Source: a virus
Taxonomy: Duplodnaviria; Caudoviricetes
Reading direction: 5' to 3' (one strand)
DNA: 64,000 nt
Virus record (IMG/VR): IMGVR_UViG_3300033120_000231
Span: 16,781 to 80,780 of that record
Position numbers and translations under genes: made by a program. Positions 41,759 to 51,880 of the stretch are shown here, one piece after another (position 1 is the first letter of the stretch; each line of letters opens with the position of its first letter). The notes beneath the pieces are model-generated. The model saw only the letters and a program-made list of their open reading frames with translations. It did not search any database and was not told where the DNA came from.

Positions 41759-43237
41759 ATGGATAGTCCGATTGTAATTGCACCAGCAAGTATTCCTCAA
41801 GAGCAAGCATTAAACTCGACGAGTGACATAACCTTGTACGGTGGGGCAGCAGGATCGGGCAAGACATATACTCTTCTGATCACTGCTTTGCGGTTTATGA
41901 TGGTTCCGAAGTCAACTGGAGTAATCTTCCGTAGAACTTCAAAAATGCTTGATGCTCCTGGGTCTATTTGGCAAGAAGCTGTGGTGATGTACACCACGAT
42001 TTTTCCTGAGATTAAGATTAGGGATCGTGAACATGAAGTGATTTTTAAGAACGGAAGTGTTCTTAAATTCAGTCACATGCAGCACGAGAAGAATGCATTT
42101 GATCACAAAGGTGGGCAGTACTCGTTTGTGGCGTTTGATGAGGCCACCGATTTTTCAGAGATGCAAATCCTGTTTTTGCTCTCACGTATGCGTAATGCAA
42201 ACGTATCCTACACACCACAAATGTACCTCTGTACAAATCCAAATTACCATAGTTTTCTTCGTAAGTGGATTCAAGATTTCTATCTTAATCCTGTTGACGG
42301 AACACCAATTACTAAACGTTCTAATATAGAGCGATATTTTGTCAGACGTGGTAATGAAATGGTGTGGTATGACAATCGAGCAGATGCAGAAGCTATTTAT
42401 GGCACAGGCCCAACAAGTGGTGTCCGCTCTTTTCGTTTTTGCAGTGCTAAAATTTGGGATAACCCCTTTCTAAGAGATAGTGATTACCTGTCTAATTTGA
42501 TGGCACTTGATCGAGTACAGCGTTTAATCATGCTAGAAGGATCATGGACAGCTAGGGCAGAAACATCCGGGTACTGGCATAGAAATAACGTTGAGATTAT
42601 AGAATATGCTCCTGAGAAAGTAAAGCAGCGTGTTCTTGCAGTAGATTTTGCCTTCTCAGTTCCGAGCGAAACCGTGCCTGATCCTGATAGTACTGCTTTT
42701 GTACTAATGTCTAAAGATATGCACAATGTTTATACTGTAGAGCATGTTTACACAATGCAAGACAGGGTACATACCGTTGAAGAAAAGTTATTTCAACTTG
42801 CTGAAACTTTTGGTAGAGATGTAATCTACAGCATTCCGATTGACCCTAATGCACAAGCAGGGGCTTATGCAAGAGATTTACAACGTAGATTAGCAGAAAA
42901 AGGTTTTACCTGTAAGTTACAAAAGCCTGTCAAATCTAAATTGGTTCGCTTTCAACCATTTGCATCTGTCACCGAAGCTAGGTTTGTTAGAGTAGTCCGT
43001 GGGGATTGGAATGATAGTTACTTTGACCAACTTGAAATTTTTGATGGTACTAAAAAGTATCACGATGACATGGTTGATGCAACTGCAGATGCTTTCCTTG
43101 TTTTGAACAAGGGAATAGAAATTCCTATGATGACGCTTCCTAATCTTTCAATGACAGGTCAATCTATGCCATCTTTCCACAATTCATACGGACAAGGTAA
43201 AACTTCTTTTACGCTACCGTCATTCAATATTAAATAA
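41759..43237 (+). CDS. terL: terminase large subunit
   Basis: GGAAGSGKT Walker A, FDEAT Walker B, TNP, nuclease VDFA...HDDMVDA. Confidence 0.95.
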   Translation: MDSPIVIAPASIPQEQALNSTSDITLYGGAAGSGKTYTLLITALRFMMVPKSTGVIFRRTSKMLDAPGSIWQEAVVMYTTIFPEIKIRDREHEVIFKNGSVLKFSHMQHEKNAFDHKGGQYSFVAFDEATDFSEMQILFLLSRMRNANVSYTPQMYLCTNPNYHSFLRKWIQDFYLNPVDGTPITKRSNIERYFVRRGNEMVWYDNRADAEAIYGTGPTSGVRSFRFCSAKIWDNPFLRDSDYLSNLMALDRVQRLIMLEGSWTARAETSGYWHRNNVEIIEYAPEKVKQRVLAVDFAFSVPSETVPDPDSTAFVLMSKDMHNVYTVEHVYTMQDRVHTVEEKLFQLAETFGRDVIYSIPIDPNAQAGAYARDLQRRLAEKGFTCKLQKPVKSKLVRFQPFASVTEARFVRVVRGDWNDSYFDQLEIFDGTKKYHDDMVDATADAFLVLNKGIEIPMMTLPNLSMTGQSMPSFHNSYGQGKTSFTLPSFNIK

Positions 43238-43246
43238 GGGAGCCTC

Positions 43247-44707
43247 ATGGTTGCAAGAAAGAAAACAGTTACAAAGGCAGTTATTAGTCCTTTGGATCAG
43301 CCAGAGAGGTTTAGACTCGGTGAACTTGGTAGCCTTGGCCTTCGGGTGTATAGTGGAGTTACACAAGACGAACTCAAACGAGAGTTGAACTGGCCTCATA
43401 GTATTAATACTTTTCGTGAAATGTCGTACCATTCGGCTATCAACGCCCCGTTGACTCTTTTTGAAAACATTATCTCTAGGGCTACTTGGGTTTACAAACC
43501 ACCAGAGAATGCTACAGAAGAAGAGAAGAATCAAGTCAAAATCATCAATCAAATGATGCAAGACATGGATCAATCATGGCCTGAGTTTGTGCGAGATATC
43601 CTAAGCTCCAACATATTTGGATTCTCTGTGCATGAGAAGGTATATCGTAAGCGTCTGAAGGCTAATGGCAGTCTTTATGATGACGGTGTTATCGGTTGGA
43701 AGAGACTTCCTATTCGTGTTCAAGAAAGTATTTCTAAGTTTATCTTTTCTGAAGATGGGAATGATGTTATTGGTGTGCAGCAGAATCTTTCTGCTATCAA
43801 TGATATTTATAACCGTTTTAGTAAGCGTAGTAATCTTATTAATCTCCCACGAAGTAAGTTTATGCTTTTCCGCACAGGAAAACATCGTGGTGATCCTTTC
43901 GGAAAATCCCCTTTGCGTGATGCATACCTCGCTTGGAGGTTCTTGACTCAACTTGAGGAGCTTGAGGCACTTGGAGTAGCAAAGGATTTAAACGGAATTC
44001 CAGTTCTGAGTTTGCCTCCACAAGTGCTTGCTGCTGATGGTGATCAGGAACAAAGATTGTACTTTGAAAATGCTATCCGTAATCTGCAAGTCGGTGAACA
44101 GATGGGTATTATTTTGCCAAGTCTTTACGATGAGCAAGGCAAACCTTTGTATGATATTAAGTTACTTTCATCTGATGGTAAGAAGAACTTTGATCTGAAT
44201 AAGATTAAAGAGTACTACCGTGGTTTGATCTTTATCTCTTTGTTCGCAGACATACTTTTACAAGGTGTAGGAACCACTGGCTCTTTTGCTTTAGGCGCTA
44301 TTAAAAATAGTCTCTCGGGGGCTTATGCGGAGCGATTGATTTCTAACATTGCTGAAGTTATTCAAAATGATTTGATTCGGCAAACGTATGAAATTAATTT
44401 GTGGTCAACTGAACGTATGGGTAAACTTGATTTTGATGGTCTAGATAATACAGACATTGAGAGTTTGAGTAAGTATCTGCAACGTGTTGCGTCTGTTGGG
44501 TTGCTTGAAAAAGATCGTGCTGTACTGAATGCTGTACGTCAAGGTATTGGCATTGATCCTTTGCCAGAAGATTTACCACCCCAGCAAGATTTGTTGACAC
44601 CGGAAACAAGCAGGGCTTCGGATGGAATGGTTTCGCCAGGGGATGGAACCGCTACTAACGTAAGTGGTCAAGATACATCTTCAAATAATCTTGAAAATGT
44701 TGGATAG
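43247..44707 (+). CDS. portal protein
   Basis: 486 aa after terL; GDPFGKSPLR motif. Confidence 0.85.
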   Translation: MVARKKTVTKAVISPLDQPERFRLGELGSLGLRVYSGVTQDELKRELNWPHSINTFREMSYHSAINAPLTLFENIISRATWVYKPPENATEEEKNQVKIINQMMQDMDQSWPEFVRDILSSNIFGFSVHEKVYRKRLKANGSLYDDGVIGWKRLPIRVQESISKFIFSEDGNDVIGVQQNLSAINDIYNRFSKRSNLINLPRSKFMLFRTGKHRGDPFGKSPLRDAYLAWRFLTQLEELEALGVAKDLNGIPVLSLPPQVLAADGDQEQRLYFENAIRNLQVGEQMGIILPSLYDEQGKPLYDIKLLSSDGKKNFDLNKIKEYYRGLIFISLFADILLQGVGTTGSFALGAIKNSLSGAYAERLISNIAEVIQNDLIRQTYEINLWSTERMGKLDFDGLDNTDIESLSKYLQRVASVGLLEKDRAVLNAVRQGIGIDPLPEDLPPQQDLLTPETSRASDGMVSPGDGTATNVSGQDTSSNNLENVG

Positions 44708-44725
44708 TTTTGTTTTAAGACCAGT

Positions 44726-45565
44726 ATGGAAGTTATAAAACAATTTGACTACGTTCCCAGTAAGTTCTATGTTTATGTCCACCGGAGAGTTACCGATAAC
44801 AGGGTATTCTACGTTGGGAAGGGACATAGTTCTAGGGGATGGAAGTCCACAGGTAGAAATAATTTGTGGCATAAAGTTGCAAAGAAGAATGGGGTTGTCT
44901 GTGAGATTGTCAAAGACAACCTGGACGAAGAATTAAGTTTTACTCTTGAAAGAGATTTAATTTCTTTTTATGGAAGAATTGATCTTAGTACAGGCCCACT
45001 GGTGAACTTTACAGATGGTGGAGAAGGAAGGTCTGGTGGGGTAATTTCTGAGAAGTCTATTGCTAAACAAAAAGAGTCTGCTAAAAATAGCCAAGCCTGT
45101 AAGGACTACCACAAATCCATGAGTCGGAAGATAATCATGGATGAGTCTATTTGTTTTGAGAGTTCTAGAAAATGTGCCATGTATGTTGCTGACTTGTATA
45201 ACAAACAAGAACAGAATATAAAAATTTGTCATGTAGCTAACTTAAAAGCATACTCTTATCTGGGGCATGTATTTAGGTGGGTTGAATCAAATAAGGATGA
45301 GTTTTACCAAGCACAATCTGAAATAAAAATTACTAAGAAGCAAGAAAAGATTCGGAAAATGAAGGCATGCCCTTACGAGTCTCGTAAACGTAAGATTCAA
45401 CGGAGTGATGGTGTGATCTTTAGTTCAGTGTTAGAGGCATCGCAGTCTTTTGTAAATAATGGGAAGGCTAAAAATCTCAAGAGTGCTAAGTCCACACTCA
45501 ACGCAGCTTTAAGGGGTGAAACAGTTACTGCCTTTGGCTACCAATGGAAGGTAATTGATAAATGA
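44726..45565 (+). CDS. GIY-YIG-like homing endonuclease with NUMOD-type tail
   Basis: FYVYVH...VFYVGKG...R...LERDLI..YGR...LVNFTDGGEG. Confidence 0.85.
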   Translation: MEVIKQFDYVPSKFYVYVHRRVTDNRVFYVGKGHSSRGWKSTGRNNLWHKVAKKNGVVCEIVKDNLDEELSFTLERDLISFYGRIDLSTGPLVNFTDGGEGRSGGVISEKSIAKQKESAKNSQACKDYHKSMSRKIIMDESICFESSRKCAMYVADLYNKQEQNIKICHVANLKAYSYLGHVFRWVESNKDEFYQAQSEIKITKKQEKIRKMKACPYESRKRKIQRSDGVIFSSVLEASQSFVNNGKAKNLKSAKSTLNAALRGETVTAFGYQWKVIDK

Positions 45566-46383
45566 CAACCGCCCAAATTCTCCCCGTGTCCTCCGGCACG
45601 GGGTTTACTGATGTCTACACTGCCTCTACTACACCTGTAGGCACAAAGCTACTCATCCAGAACCTTAGCAGTTCTGCACTGTTAATCTGTCTCCATTCCA
45701 CCGCTCAAGAACACGGGATAGTTCTCTTACCTTTTGAGCAGTTTGTAGTTCCAGCAGGTTCCCTTGGTTGCTTTGTAAAAAGCACCACAGGTTACGGCGG
45801 GGTAGTTGCTGTTGAACTTGGTGCATGGAACATTATTGGTGCTCCAATTGATTATAGAGTTTATACCGGGCTTAAGGGGCTTACTACTCAATCTTTCACC
45901 GAAGCAAACGTAAAGAATGGTTCCCAATGGGAGGTATCGTTTGAGAACACATCTCTTGCTTCTGGTGCTTCCTCCGATCTTGTAATGATTACTGGAAACC
46001 AGTACGTTTTGATTAAAAATAAGTCGATTAATTTTACTGGTTCTGGTATTGAAGTGGCTGTGTATAAGACTCCTACATATACTGGTGGTTCTAATCTCTC
46101 TATTTATAACTTACATTCAGGCATATCTACTCCACCACTTACTGTATTTAAATCTGGGGCAACAGTCTCTAATGCAGGAACAGAAATGGCAGCTAGAACA
46201 TACTCTTATGGGTCAGATACTAATGCAAATCAGGCTATTGGTGCATTTCATGCAGCAGGTATTGAGAGGGTTATTCCTCCTAACGAAGTGTGTGTATTGA
46301 GGGTTACTAACAAAGCAGCTATACCGATCAAGGTTGCTGGATACATTACCTTCTACGAAGGTGAGATTAGTAGCCTAAATTAG
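45562..46383 (+). CDS. putative virion structural protein
   Basis: Head-module position; beta-rich Thr/Gly/Ser composition. Confidence 0.55.
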   Translation: MTTAQILPVSSGTGFTDVYTASTTPVGTKLLIQNLSSSALLICLHSTAQEHGIVLLPFEQFVVPAGSLGCFVKSTTGYGGVVAVELGAWNIIGAPIDYRVYTGLKGLTTQSFTEANVKNGSQWEVSFENTSLASGASSDLVMITGNQYVLIKNKSINFTGSGIEVAVYKTPTYTGGSNLSIYNLHSGISTPPLTVFKSGATVSNAGTEMAARTYSYGSDTNANQAIGAFHAAGIERVIPPNEVCVLRVTNKAAIPIKVAGYITFYEGEISSLN

Positions 46384-46415
46384 ACAGCTTCAGATAAGTT
46401 AATTCAATAATTCAC

Positions 46416-46444
46416 TTGTAATTATTACAAAAGTATGATATAAT
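46416..46444 (+). promoter_or_regulatory. sigma70 promoter for head genes
   Basis: TTGTAA-17-TATAAT with TG; TTGTAA-TTA-TTACAA dyad over the -35. Confidence 0.75.
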
Positions 46445-46484
46445 TGATTTATCTGTTATCTAGAATACTAATAAGAAAGAAAAG

Positions 46485-46898
46485 ATGACGAACAAAACAA
46501 AAAGTGTTTCTGTAGCTAAGTCTTTAGATATCGAAAAGCGAAGAGCTACCTTTGTAGTTCTTGAGCCTCAAGATGAAGATGGAACTACTACTGATCTTCA
46601 CGGAGATTGGTATTCTGAAGAAGATGTAGCTGAAGCGTGTTATTCATTCAATAAACACTGCAGGAAGGCTAATCTCTTACACCTGATTGATACTAGCGGA
46701 TTTCAATTTATTGAATCATACGTCCTGCCTAGTGAAGCAACTATCGGTGAAACTAAAGTCAAAAAAGGTACTTGGGTGACTACCATCGAAGTAGAAGATC
46801 AAAAACAGCACGATTGGATTTGGGAAGGCATCAAGGACGGTACGTTCAATGGTGTATCTGTTCAATGTGATGCATACGAATATCCAATGGGGGAATGA
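46485..46898 (+). CDS. XkdF-like putative prohead protease
   Basis: DLHGDWYSEEDV..AC..FN...H...ESY...GTW...IKDGTFNGVSV. Confidence 0.8.
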   Translation: MTNKTKSVSVAKSLDIEKRRATFVVLEPQDEDGTTTDLHGDWYSEEDVAEACYSFNKHCRKANLLHLIDTSGFQFIESYVLPSEATIGETKVKKGTWVTTIEVEDQKQHDWIWEGIKDGTFNGVSVQCDAYEYPMGE

Positions 46899-47839
46899 TG
46901 ACGGAAAAACAAAAAGCAAAACGCCAGCTTAAAGGCTTTGACTTTACTAAAGGTGACGCTCGATTGAGTTTGGTTGGCCCTTCAGTTGGAGGCCCGGCAA
47001 ATGGGATTCCGATTCTTGTAGCTAAGGGGGCTAACTTCTCCCCTGAGTTTATTAAGAAGGCTCAAGAAGTTCAGATCACGATGGAATTACCGCAATTTCT
47101 GGAAAAATTCTTCTACATCTGGGGTGATGATGCTGAATTCTTGGCTGGTCTTATGGGCTGGGTTGAACCTCCTGAAGATGAAGTTCAAGAAGCTAAAGAT
47201 GAATACATGAACTGGGTTGAAGATCGCTTCACATCCTTTAGTATTATCAAATCTCTGCACGAAGCAGAGAATCTACCAGAAGCCCTCTCTCATCTGACAG
47301 AGCAAGATTATTTGGACGTTCTCCATGACCAAGTGGAAATTGAGAAAGCCCTCAAAGAATTCGACGAAAAGAAGTCGGATACCTCAATTAAAGTTGAGAA
47401 ACAAGTTGAGGCATCTGCCTCTAGAGTAAAGAAAAATAAGGAAAAGCAAATGGCTACACCAGAAATGGTTGAAAAAGCAAAGTTTGTTGAAATCCAAAAG
47501 CAGTTCGATGACCAAAAGGTCGCTCTCGAAAAAGCACTGGAACAAATCAGCAAAATTGAAGAAGAAAAGAAACAAGCAATTGTTAAATCCAAGACTGATG
47601 CTGTTAAGGCTGTAGTCAAAGATGAAAAGCAAGCTGCTGTGATTATCAAGGCTGCATTGGCTTTGGAAGCGCAAGAAGACTTTAACGCTTTGGTTGAAGT
47701 GTTTAAGAGCATGAATACCCTGATTGAAAAATCCGCTCTATTTACAGAGCAAGGTGTTAGTGCTGAAGCTGGTGAAGATAATAAAGAATCTAAACTTGCT
47801 CAAGTGATCAAGAGCAAATACGCTCAAGCAAAACAATAA
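46895..47839 (+). CDS. scaffolding protein
   Basis: Charged coiled-coil protein between protease and head genes. Confidence 0.65.
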   Translation: MMTEKQKAKRQLKGFDFTKGDARLSLVGPSVGGPANGIPILVAKGANFSPEFIKKAQEVQITMELPQFLEKFFYIWGDDAEFLAGLMGWVEPPEDEVQEAKDEYMNWVEDRFTSFSIIKSLHEAENLPEALSHLTEQDYLDVLHDQVEIEKALKEFDEKKSDTSIKVEKQVEASASRVKKNKEKQMATPEMVEKAKFVEIQKQFDDQKVALEKALEQISKIEEEKKQAIVKSKTDAVKAVVKDEKQAAVIIKAALALEAQEDFNALVEVFKSMNTLIEKSALFTEQGVSAEAGEDNKESKLAQVIKSKYAQAKQ

Positions 47840-47854
47840 TAATAGGAGAAAAAT

Positions 47855-48526
47855 ATGACTCTCGTCGCAACTTCGGTGCACACACTCTCTAATGGGGTTA
47901 AACATGAATACGGTGCTGACTACGCTTATACCCGTGAAGCAGTAACTGTTAATGACACAGCAGGCACCCTTGCTGTAAACACTGTACTTGGTAAGTATCT
48001 TGCTAGTGGCACTGCTGCTGCTGTAGCTGATGCGGGTAACACTGGTACAGGTACTTTTGGTACTATCACCGTATCAGCCCCTGCAAAAGTTGGTGAATAC
48101 CGCTTGGTAATTACCGCCGCTGCTACTGATGCTGGTACTTTTATTGTTACTGACCCCACCGGTCGCACTGTTGGCGCTGGTACTGTAGCAGTTGCATTCT
48201 CTAAGGGTGGTCTTGCATTTACCCTCACAGATGCTACTGATTTTGTGGTTGGTGATGCTTTCACTATTGCTGTAGCAGGTACTTACAAGTACAAACGTTC
48301 TGTACAAACAGCAACTGATGGTACTGCTGTTGCAGATGCTATTGTTTGGGAAGCTAAGACAATTCTTGGTGCTACCGATACTACTGTGGTTGCGGTAACT
48401 CGTGGCCCTGCTGGTGTTAGCAAGGGTGGTTTGGTTTTGGACGCTTCGTATGACACGGCTGCTGAAAAGACCATTGTTTATGCAGCACTCGCAGCTAAGG
48501 GTATCCAGATTCTGGAAACTATCTAA
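47855..48526 (+). CDS. head decoration protein
   Basis: KHEY...YTRE.VTV...TVLGK; GDAFTIAV insert; precedes the capsid gene. Confidence 0.75.
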   Translation: MTLVATSVHTLSNGVKHEYGADYAYTREAVTVNDTAGTLAVNTVLGKYLASGTAAAVADAGNTGTGTFGTITVSAPAKVGEYRLVITAAATDAGTFIVTDPTGRTVGAGTVAVAFSKGGLAFTLTDATDFVVGDAFTIAVAGTYKYKRSVQTATDGTAVADAIVWEAKTILGATDTTVVAVTRGPAGVSKGGLVLDASYDTAAEKTIVYAALAAKGIQILETI

Positions 48527-48551
48527 TAATTAAAAGAATAAGGATTTAAAA

Positions 48552-49586
48552 ATGGCACTTTATACTAACCCGTCCAATAACTTCTCAGTAGTAGATCGTA
48601 CTAACGAACTGTTGCTCTTGCCGCAAGGCTGGACTTTGATGAATGATCTTGGTATCTGGAACGAAGAATTCCTGACTACCAAGGTTGTGACTTTTGAAGA
48701 ACGTGCAGGTACTTTGGCTTTGGTTAAAGACCAAGTTGAAGGAACTCAACCTCAAACTACTGGTAACGATCTACGTAAACTGCATTCGTTCCAAATGTCG
48801 CATCACCCTTTGTATGATGCTCTGCGACCTCAAGACATTGCTGGTGTGCTTCGTCCGGGCGCAATGACTCCTGAGTTGGATACCAAGGAACGTGCACTGT
48901 TGTGGAAGATGGAAAAGATTCGCAAGTCGTATGACAATACCCTGAACTTTGCTCGTTTCCGTACTTTAGCTAACGGGGACGCTTGGTTCCCGTCTGGTAC
49001 TGTTTCAGCTCAAAATTTCTACACCGCTCTAGGTGTTACCCGTGTGAATGAAAACTTCGATTTGGCAAATGCTGCTTCGGATATTATCGCTCACTGTGAG
49101 GCAGTTATTTCTAACTTTCAAGCGCAGGCAACAGAAGGTCAAGTAATTCAGCGCGTGGTGGCATTCTGTTCTCCAGGCTTCTTCTCTGCCCTGATCGGCC
49201 ATGTGAAAGTTCAGAGTGCATACAATCTGTATTCTGCCGTGGCACCGCAACAAATCAGCCGTGATCGTGCGGGTGGCATGGGGCTTTACAGACGCTTTGT
49301 ATTCTCCAATATCGAGTTCATTGAAGTGTCTCAGTCTTTCGGTGGTACTGCTTTGGTTGATGCTAATAAGGCTGTGTTTGTTGCCGATAACGGTGATGAT
49401 GCTTTCTTCACTTTCTATGGGCCACCGAACCGCTTTGGCTTTGTGAACACGGTAGCCGAGAAAAATTACCTTTGGACTTTTGATGATGTTCGTGGTACTC
49501 AAGTTACTATTGAAGCAGAGTCGAACTTCTTGAATGTGATGAAACGCCCCGGCTTCGTAAGCGGAGGCTCAAAAGCTGCTATCTAA
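48552..49586 (+). CDS. major capsid protein (lambda gpE-like)
   Basis: 344 aa; PPNRFGFVN...IEAESNFL...RP C-terminus. Confidence 0.9.
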   Translation: MALYTNPSNNFSVVDRTNELLLLPQGWTLMNDLGIWNEEFLTTKVVTFEERAGTLALVKDQVEGTQPQTTGNDLRKLHSFQMSHHPLYDALRPQDIAGVLRPGAMTPELDTKERALLWKMEKIRKSYDNTLNFARFRTLANGDAWFPSGTVSAQNFYTALGVTRVNENFDLANAASDIIAHCEAVISNFQAQATEGQVIQRVVAFCSPGFFSALIGHVKVQSAYNLYSAVAPQQISRDRAGGMGLYRRFVFSNIEFIEVSQSFGGTALVDANKAVFVADNGDDAFFTFYGPPNRFGFVNTVAEKNYLWTFDDVRGTQVTIEAESNFLNVMKRPGFVSGGSKAAI

Positions 49587-49603
49587 ACGATAGCAAACTA
49601 ATT

Positions 49604-49625
49604 GGATTCGTAAGAGTCCTTTTAA
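49604..49625 (+). terminator. terminator after the capsid gene
   Basis: GGATTC-GTAA-GAGTCC + TTTTAA. Confidence 0.7.
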
Positions 49626-49634
49626 TGTAGTATC

Positions 49635-49663
49635 TTGACAAAATCAAGGTACTATGTTAAAAT
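49635..49663 (+). promoter_or_regulatory. sigma70 promoter of the endonuclease cassette
   Basis: TTGACA-17-TAAAAT with TG; AGTATCTTGA/TCAAGGTACT dyad over the -35. Confidence 0.85.
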
Positions 49664-49674
49664 TAACTGTTTTT

Positions 49675-49733
49675 AGCAACAGCTAGGCTGATCCCCGAAA
49701 AGACGACTATCCACCGTTCTGCTGCTTGTTGTT
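49675..49733 (+). promoter_or_regulatory. structured 5' leader (GCTGATCCCCGAAAAG motif)
   Basis: Outer stem GCAACAGC.TAG/CTG.CTG...TTGTTGT, inner GACG/CGTT. Confidence 0.5.
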
Positions 49734-49758
49734 TAGTGGAGTATTCGGGAGAATAAAA

Positions 49759-50541
49759 ATGAAAAATGACTACTACGTTTATTTGCATAAAACCATGGAT
49801 GGTAATGTGTTTTACGTTGGTAAGGGGCGAAACAAAAGAGCGTGGCAGAAATCTGCCAGAAGTAAAGGGTGGGATGAAGTCGCTAGTAAGGGCTACTTAA
49901 TTGAGATGTACAGAGAGGGTTTACCAGAGAAAGAAGCATTAGAAATAGAGAATGCGTTAATTATTAAACTCCCTGGTTTAGTTAACAAATCTACATTCAA
50001 TCCTATTGTTTTCAGTGATTATGCAGAGTATTTTGCATACGACGCATCCTCCCCAAGTGGGCTAGTAAGAATTAAGGGTGTGTTTAATGGCCTATACGAA
50101 AAAGGTAATATTGGTAACTGTGGGCATAAACGAATGCGGTCTTCTGGAAAACAGTTCTGGGCTATCAAGTTTAAAAACTATGCAGTTCAAGTACACAGAG
50201 TAATTTGGCAACTTGTATATGGTGAAATACCTGATTCTCTTGTCATTGATCATATTGATGGGAACTCTCTCAATAACAACATAAATAATCTGCGTGTTGT
50301 CACCCGTGCGATAAATAATAAGAATTGCAGTAAGAGAAAGAATAACTCTACGGGGTTTAACGGTATTCTCAGAGAAGGAAATTGTTTCCGTGCAACTTGG
50401 CGTGAGAATGACAAACCTAAGACTAAAAGATTTAGTATCAACAAGATAGGTTACGCAATTGCTCTACAAGAAGCAATCAACTGGCGATATAAGATGACTG
50501 TTGGCAAAGGCGCAGGCTACACTGAACGACACGGCACATAG
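49759..50541 (+). CDS. chimeric GIY-YIG + HNH homing endonuclease
   Basis: N-term YYVYLH..VFYVGKG..R..EIENALI; C-term VHRVIW..IDHIDGNSLNNNINNLRVV. Confidence 0.85.
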   Translation: MKNDYYVYLHKTMDGNVFYVGKGRNKRAWQKSARSKGWDEVASKGYLIEMYREGLPEKEALEIENALIIKLPGLVNKSTFNPIVFSDYAEYFAYDASSPSGLVRIKGVFNGLYEKGNIGNCGHKRMRSSGKQFWAIKFKNYAVQVHRVIWQLVYGEIPDSLVIDHIDGNSLNNNINNLRVVTRAINNKNCSKRKNNSTGFNGILREGNCFRATWRENDKPKTKRFSINKIGYAIALQEAINWRYKMTVGKGAGYTERHGT

Positions 50542-50546
50542 ACAAC

Positions 50547-50566
50547 AGGGGCTTCGCCCCTTCTAT
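50547..50566 (+). terminator. GC hairpin / probable terminator
   Basis: AGGGGC-TTC-GCCCCT, weak U tract. Confidence 0.5.
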
Positions 50567-50623
50567 TAAAGTTTATTCACTGAACAGTAAATTTCAATAG
50601 AATAAAATAAAAAGGAGCCTACG

Positions 50624-51046
50624 ATGGCATTAACCGACATTGCTAAGCTTCGTATTGAGATTGGCGACACTGATGTATCATTTCCAATACTAGACGATAC
50701 TTCCTACCAGTATTTTTTAGATAAGCATAGCAACAATATTCCTCGTGCCGCCCTAGACGCAGCAAGAGCAATTCTGTTCCAGTTGTCTACAATGAACTCT
50801 GAAACAGTCTCAATCTTCAGTGTAAAGAATACTTCTGCTGAAGCATACCGTCAAGCACTGTTACTCTACATTAAAGACCAGAACCTGAATCCATTGTATC
50901 AAGGATTGAAGGGATACTTCGGTGGCATCTCTATCACCGACATGCAAGCCAACGTAGCCAACACAGATAACAACATTGTAGTCAATCCAGGTAAAACTGA
51001 TCCTCTCTACCAAGTAGATGACTTCACATTCGGTACGAGGTACTAA
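50624..51046 (+). CDS. head-tail adaptor
   Basis: LRIEIGDTD...LDD..YQYFL motif; position. Confidence 0.75.
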   Translation: MALTDIAKLRIEIGDTDVSFPILDDTSYQYFLDKHSNNIPRAALDAARAILFQLSTMNSETVSIFSVKNTSAEAYRQALLLYIKDQNLNPLYQGLKGYFGGISITDMQANVANTDNNIVVNPGKTDPLYQVDDFTFGTRY

Positions 51047-51400
51047 ATGGATTGGGCCGTCAGATCAACTAAACGTGCCCTAGCGCGTCACGGACAGCTT
51101 CTCCCTTACTCTACCATCACCCGTACTGTAGACCCCATCCTAGGGTCAGCAACAGAGGCTATAACAACTACTAACCTCAAGATTTATCCAGAACCAGTAG
51201 TTGCCAACCAGTACAACATGCCCACCCTCGTAGGCAAGACTGTAGTCCAATTCTACTTAGCTGCTGATGGACTAACCTTTATCCCTAAAGTTTCTGATGA
51301 GATAACTTATCAAAGTGAAGTCTATCGAATCAATTCCTTCCAAGCATTCACATCTCACGGTAAAACTATATTATACAAATTATTAGGTGTAAAGGGTTGA
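51047..51400 (+). CDS. head closure / head-tail joining protein
   Basis: Size, position, PKVSDEITY. Confidence 0.7.
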   Translation: MDWAVRSTKRALARHGQLLPYSTITRTVDPILGSATEAITTTNLKIYPEPVVANQYNMPTLVGKTVVQFYLAADGLTFIPKVSDEITYQSEVYRINSFQAFTSHGKTILYKLLGVKG

Positions 51401-51401
51401 C

Positions 51402-51878
51402 ATGATTACCGTAGACGTGTCAAAAGTGTTAGAAGAACTAAAAGCCTACCACCAAGATACTGTCAGACGATTAGAAAAGATGGTTGTAGGATTCTCCTAT
51501 GAGATTGCTAAAACTGCCATTGAAAAGACACCTCTTGGTGATGCTAAAAAGTATTTTGAATGGTATCAGTCCAGAAAGTATCTATCTCCAGAAGAAGGTT
51601 TTGCAAGAGGTTCTTGGCAAGCAAATACTTCCGGTGATTTTAGCATACAAACAATCTATGGTGCTAACTCCGGTAGCGAAGCTCTTTCTTTAGTAAAGTC
51701 TGATCTTACTAATTACAAACTTGGTGAGTCAGTATTTGTTGGAAACAAAGGTTTCTATATTAGACAGCTTGAAAATAACTACAGCTCTCAGACAAACAAC
51801 TTAGGCATCATGCAACCAACACTGGATAGCATTATGCAAACATATCAAGTTGATCTTGTCAGGCTTTTTAAAGGATAA
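51402..51878 (+). CDS. neck / tail completion protein (HK97 gp10-like)
   Basis: TPLGD...ARGSW...N...YIRQLE...SSQ. Confidence 0.75.
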   Translation: MITVDVSKVLEELKAYHQDTVRRLEKMVVGFSYEIAKTAIEKTPLGDAKKYFEWYQSRKYLSPEEGFARGSWQANTSGDFSIQTIYGANSGSEALSLVKSDLTNYKLGESVFVGNKGFYIRQLENNYSSQTNNLGIMQPTLDSIMQTYQVDLVRLFKG

Positions 51879-51880
51879 GA

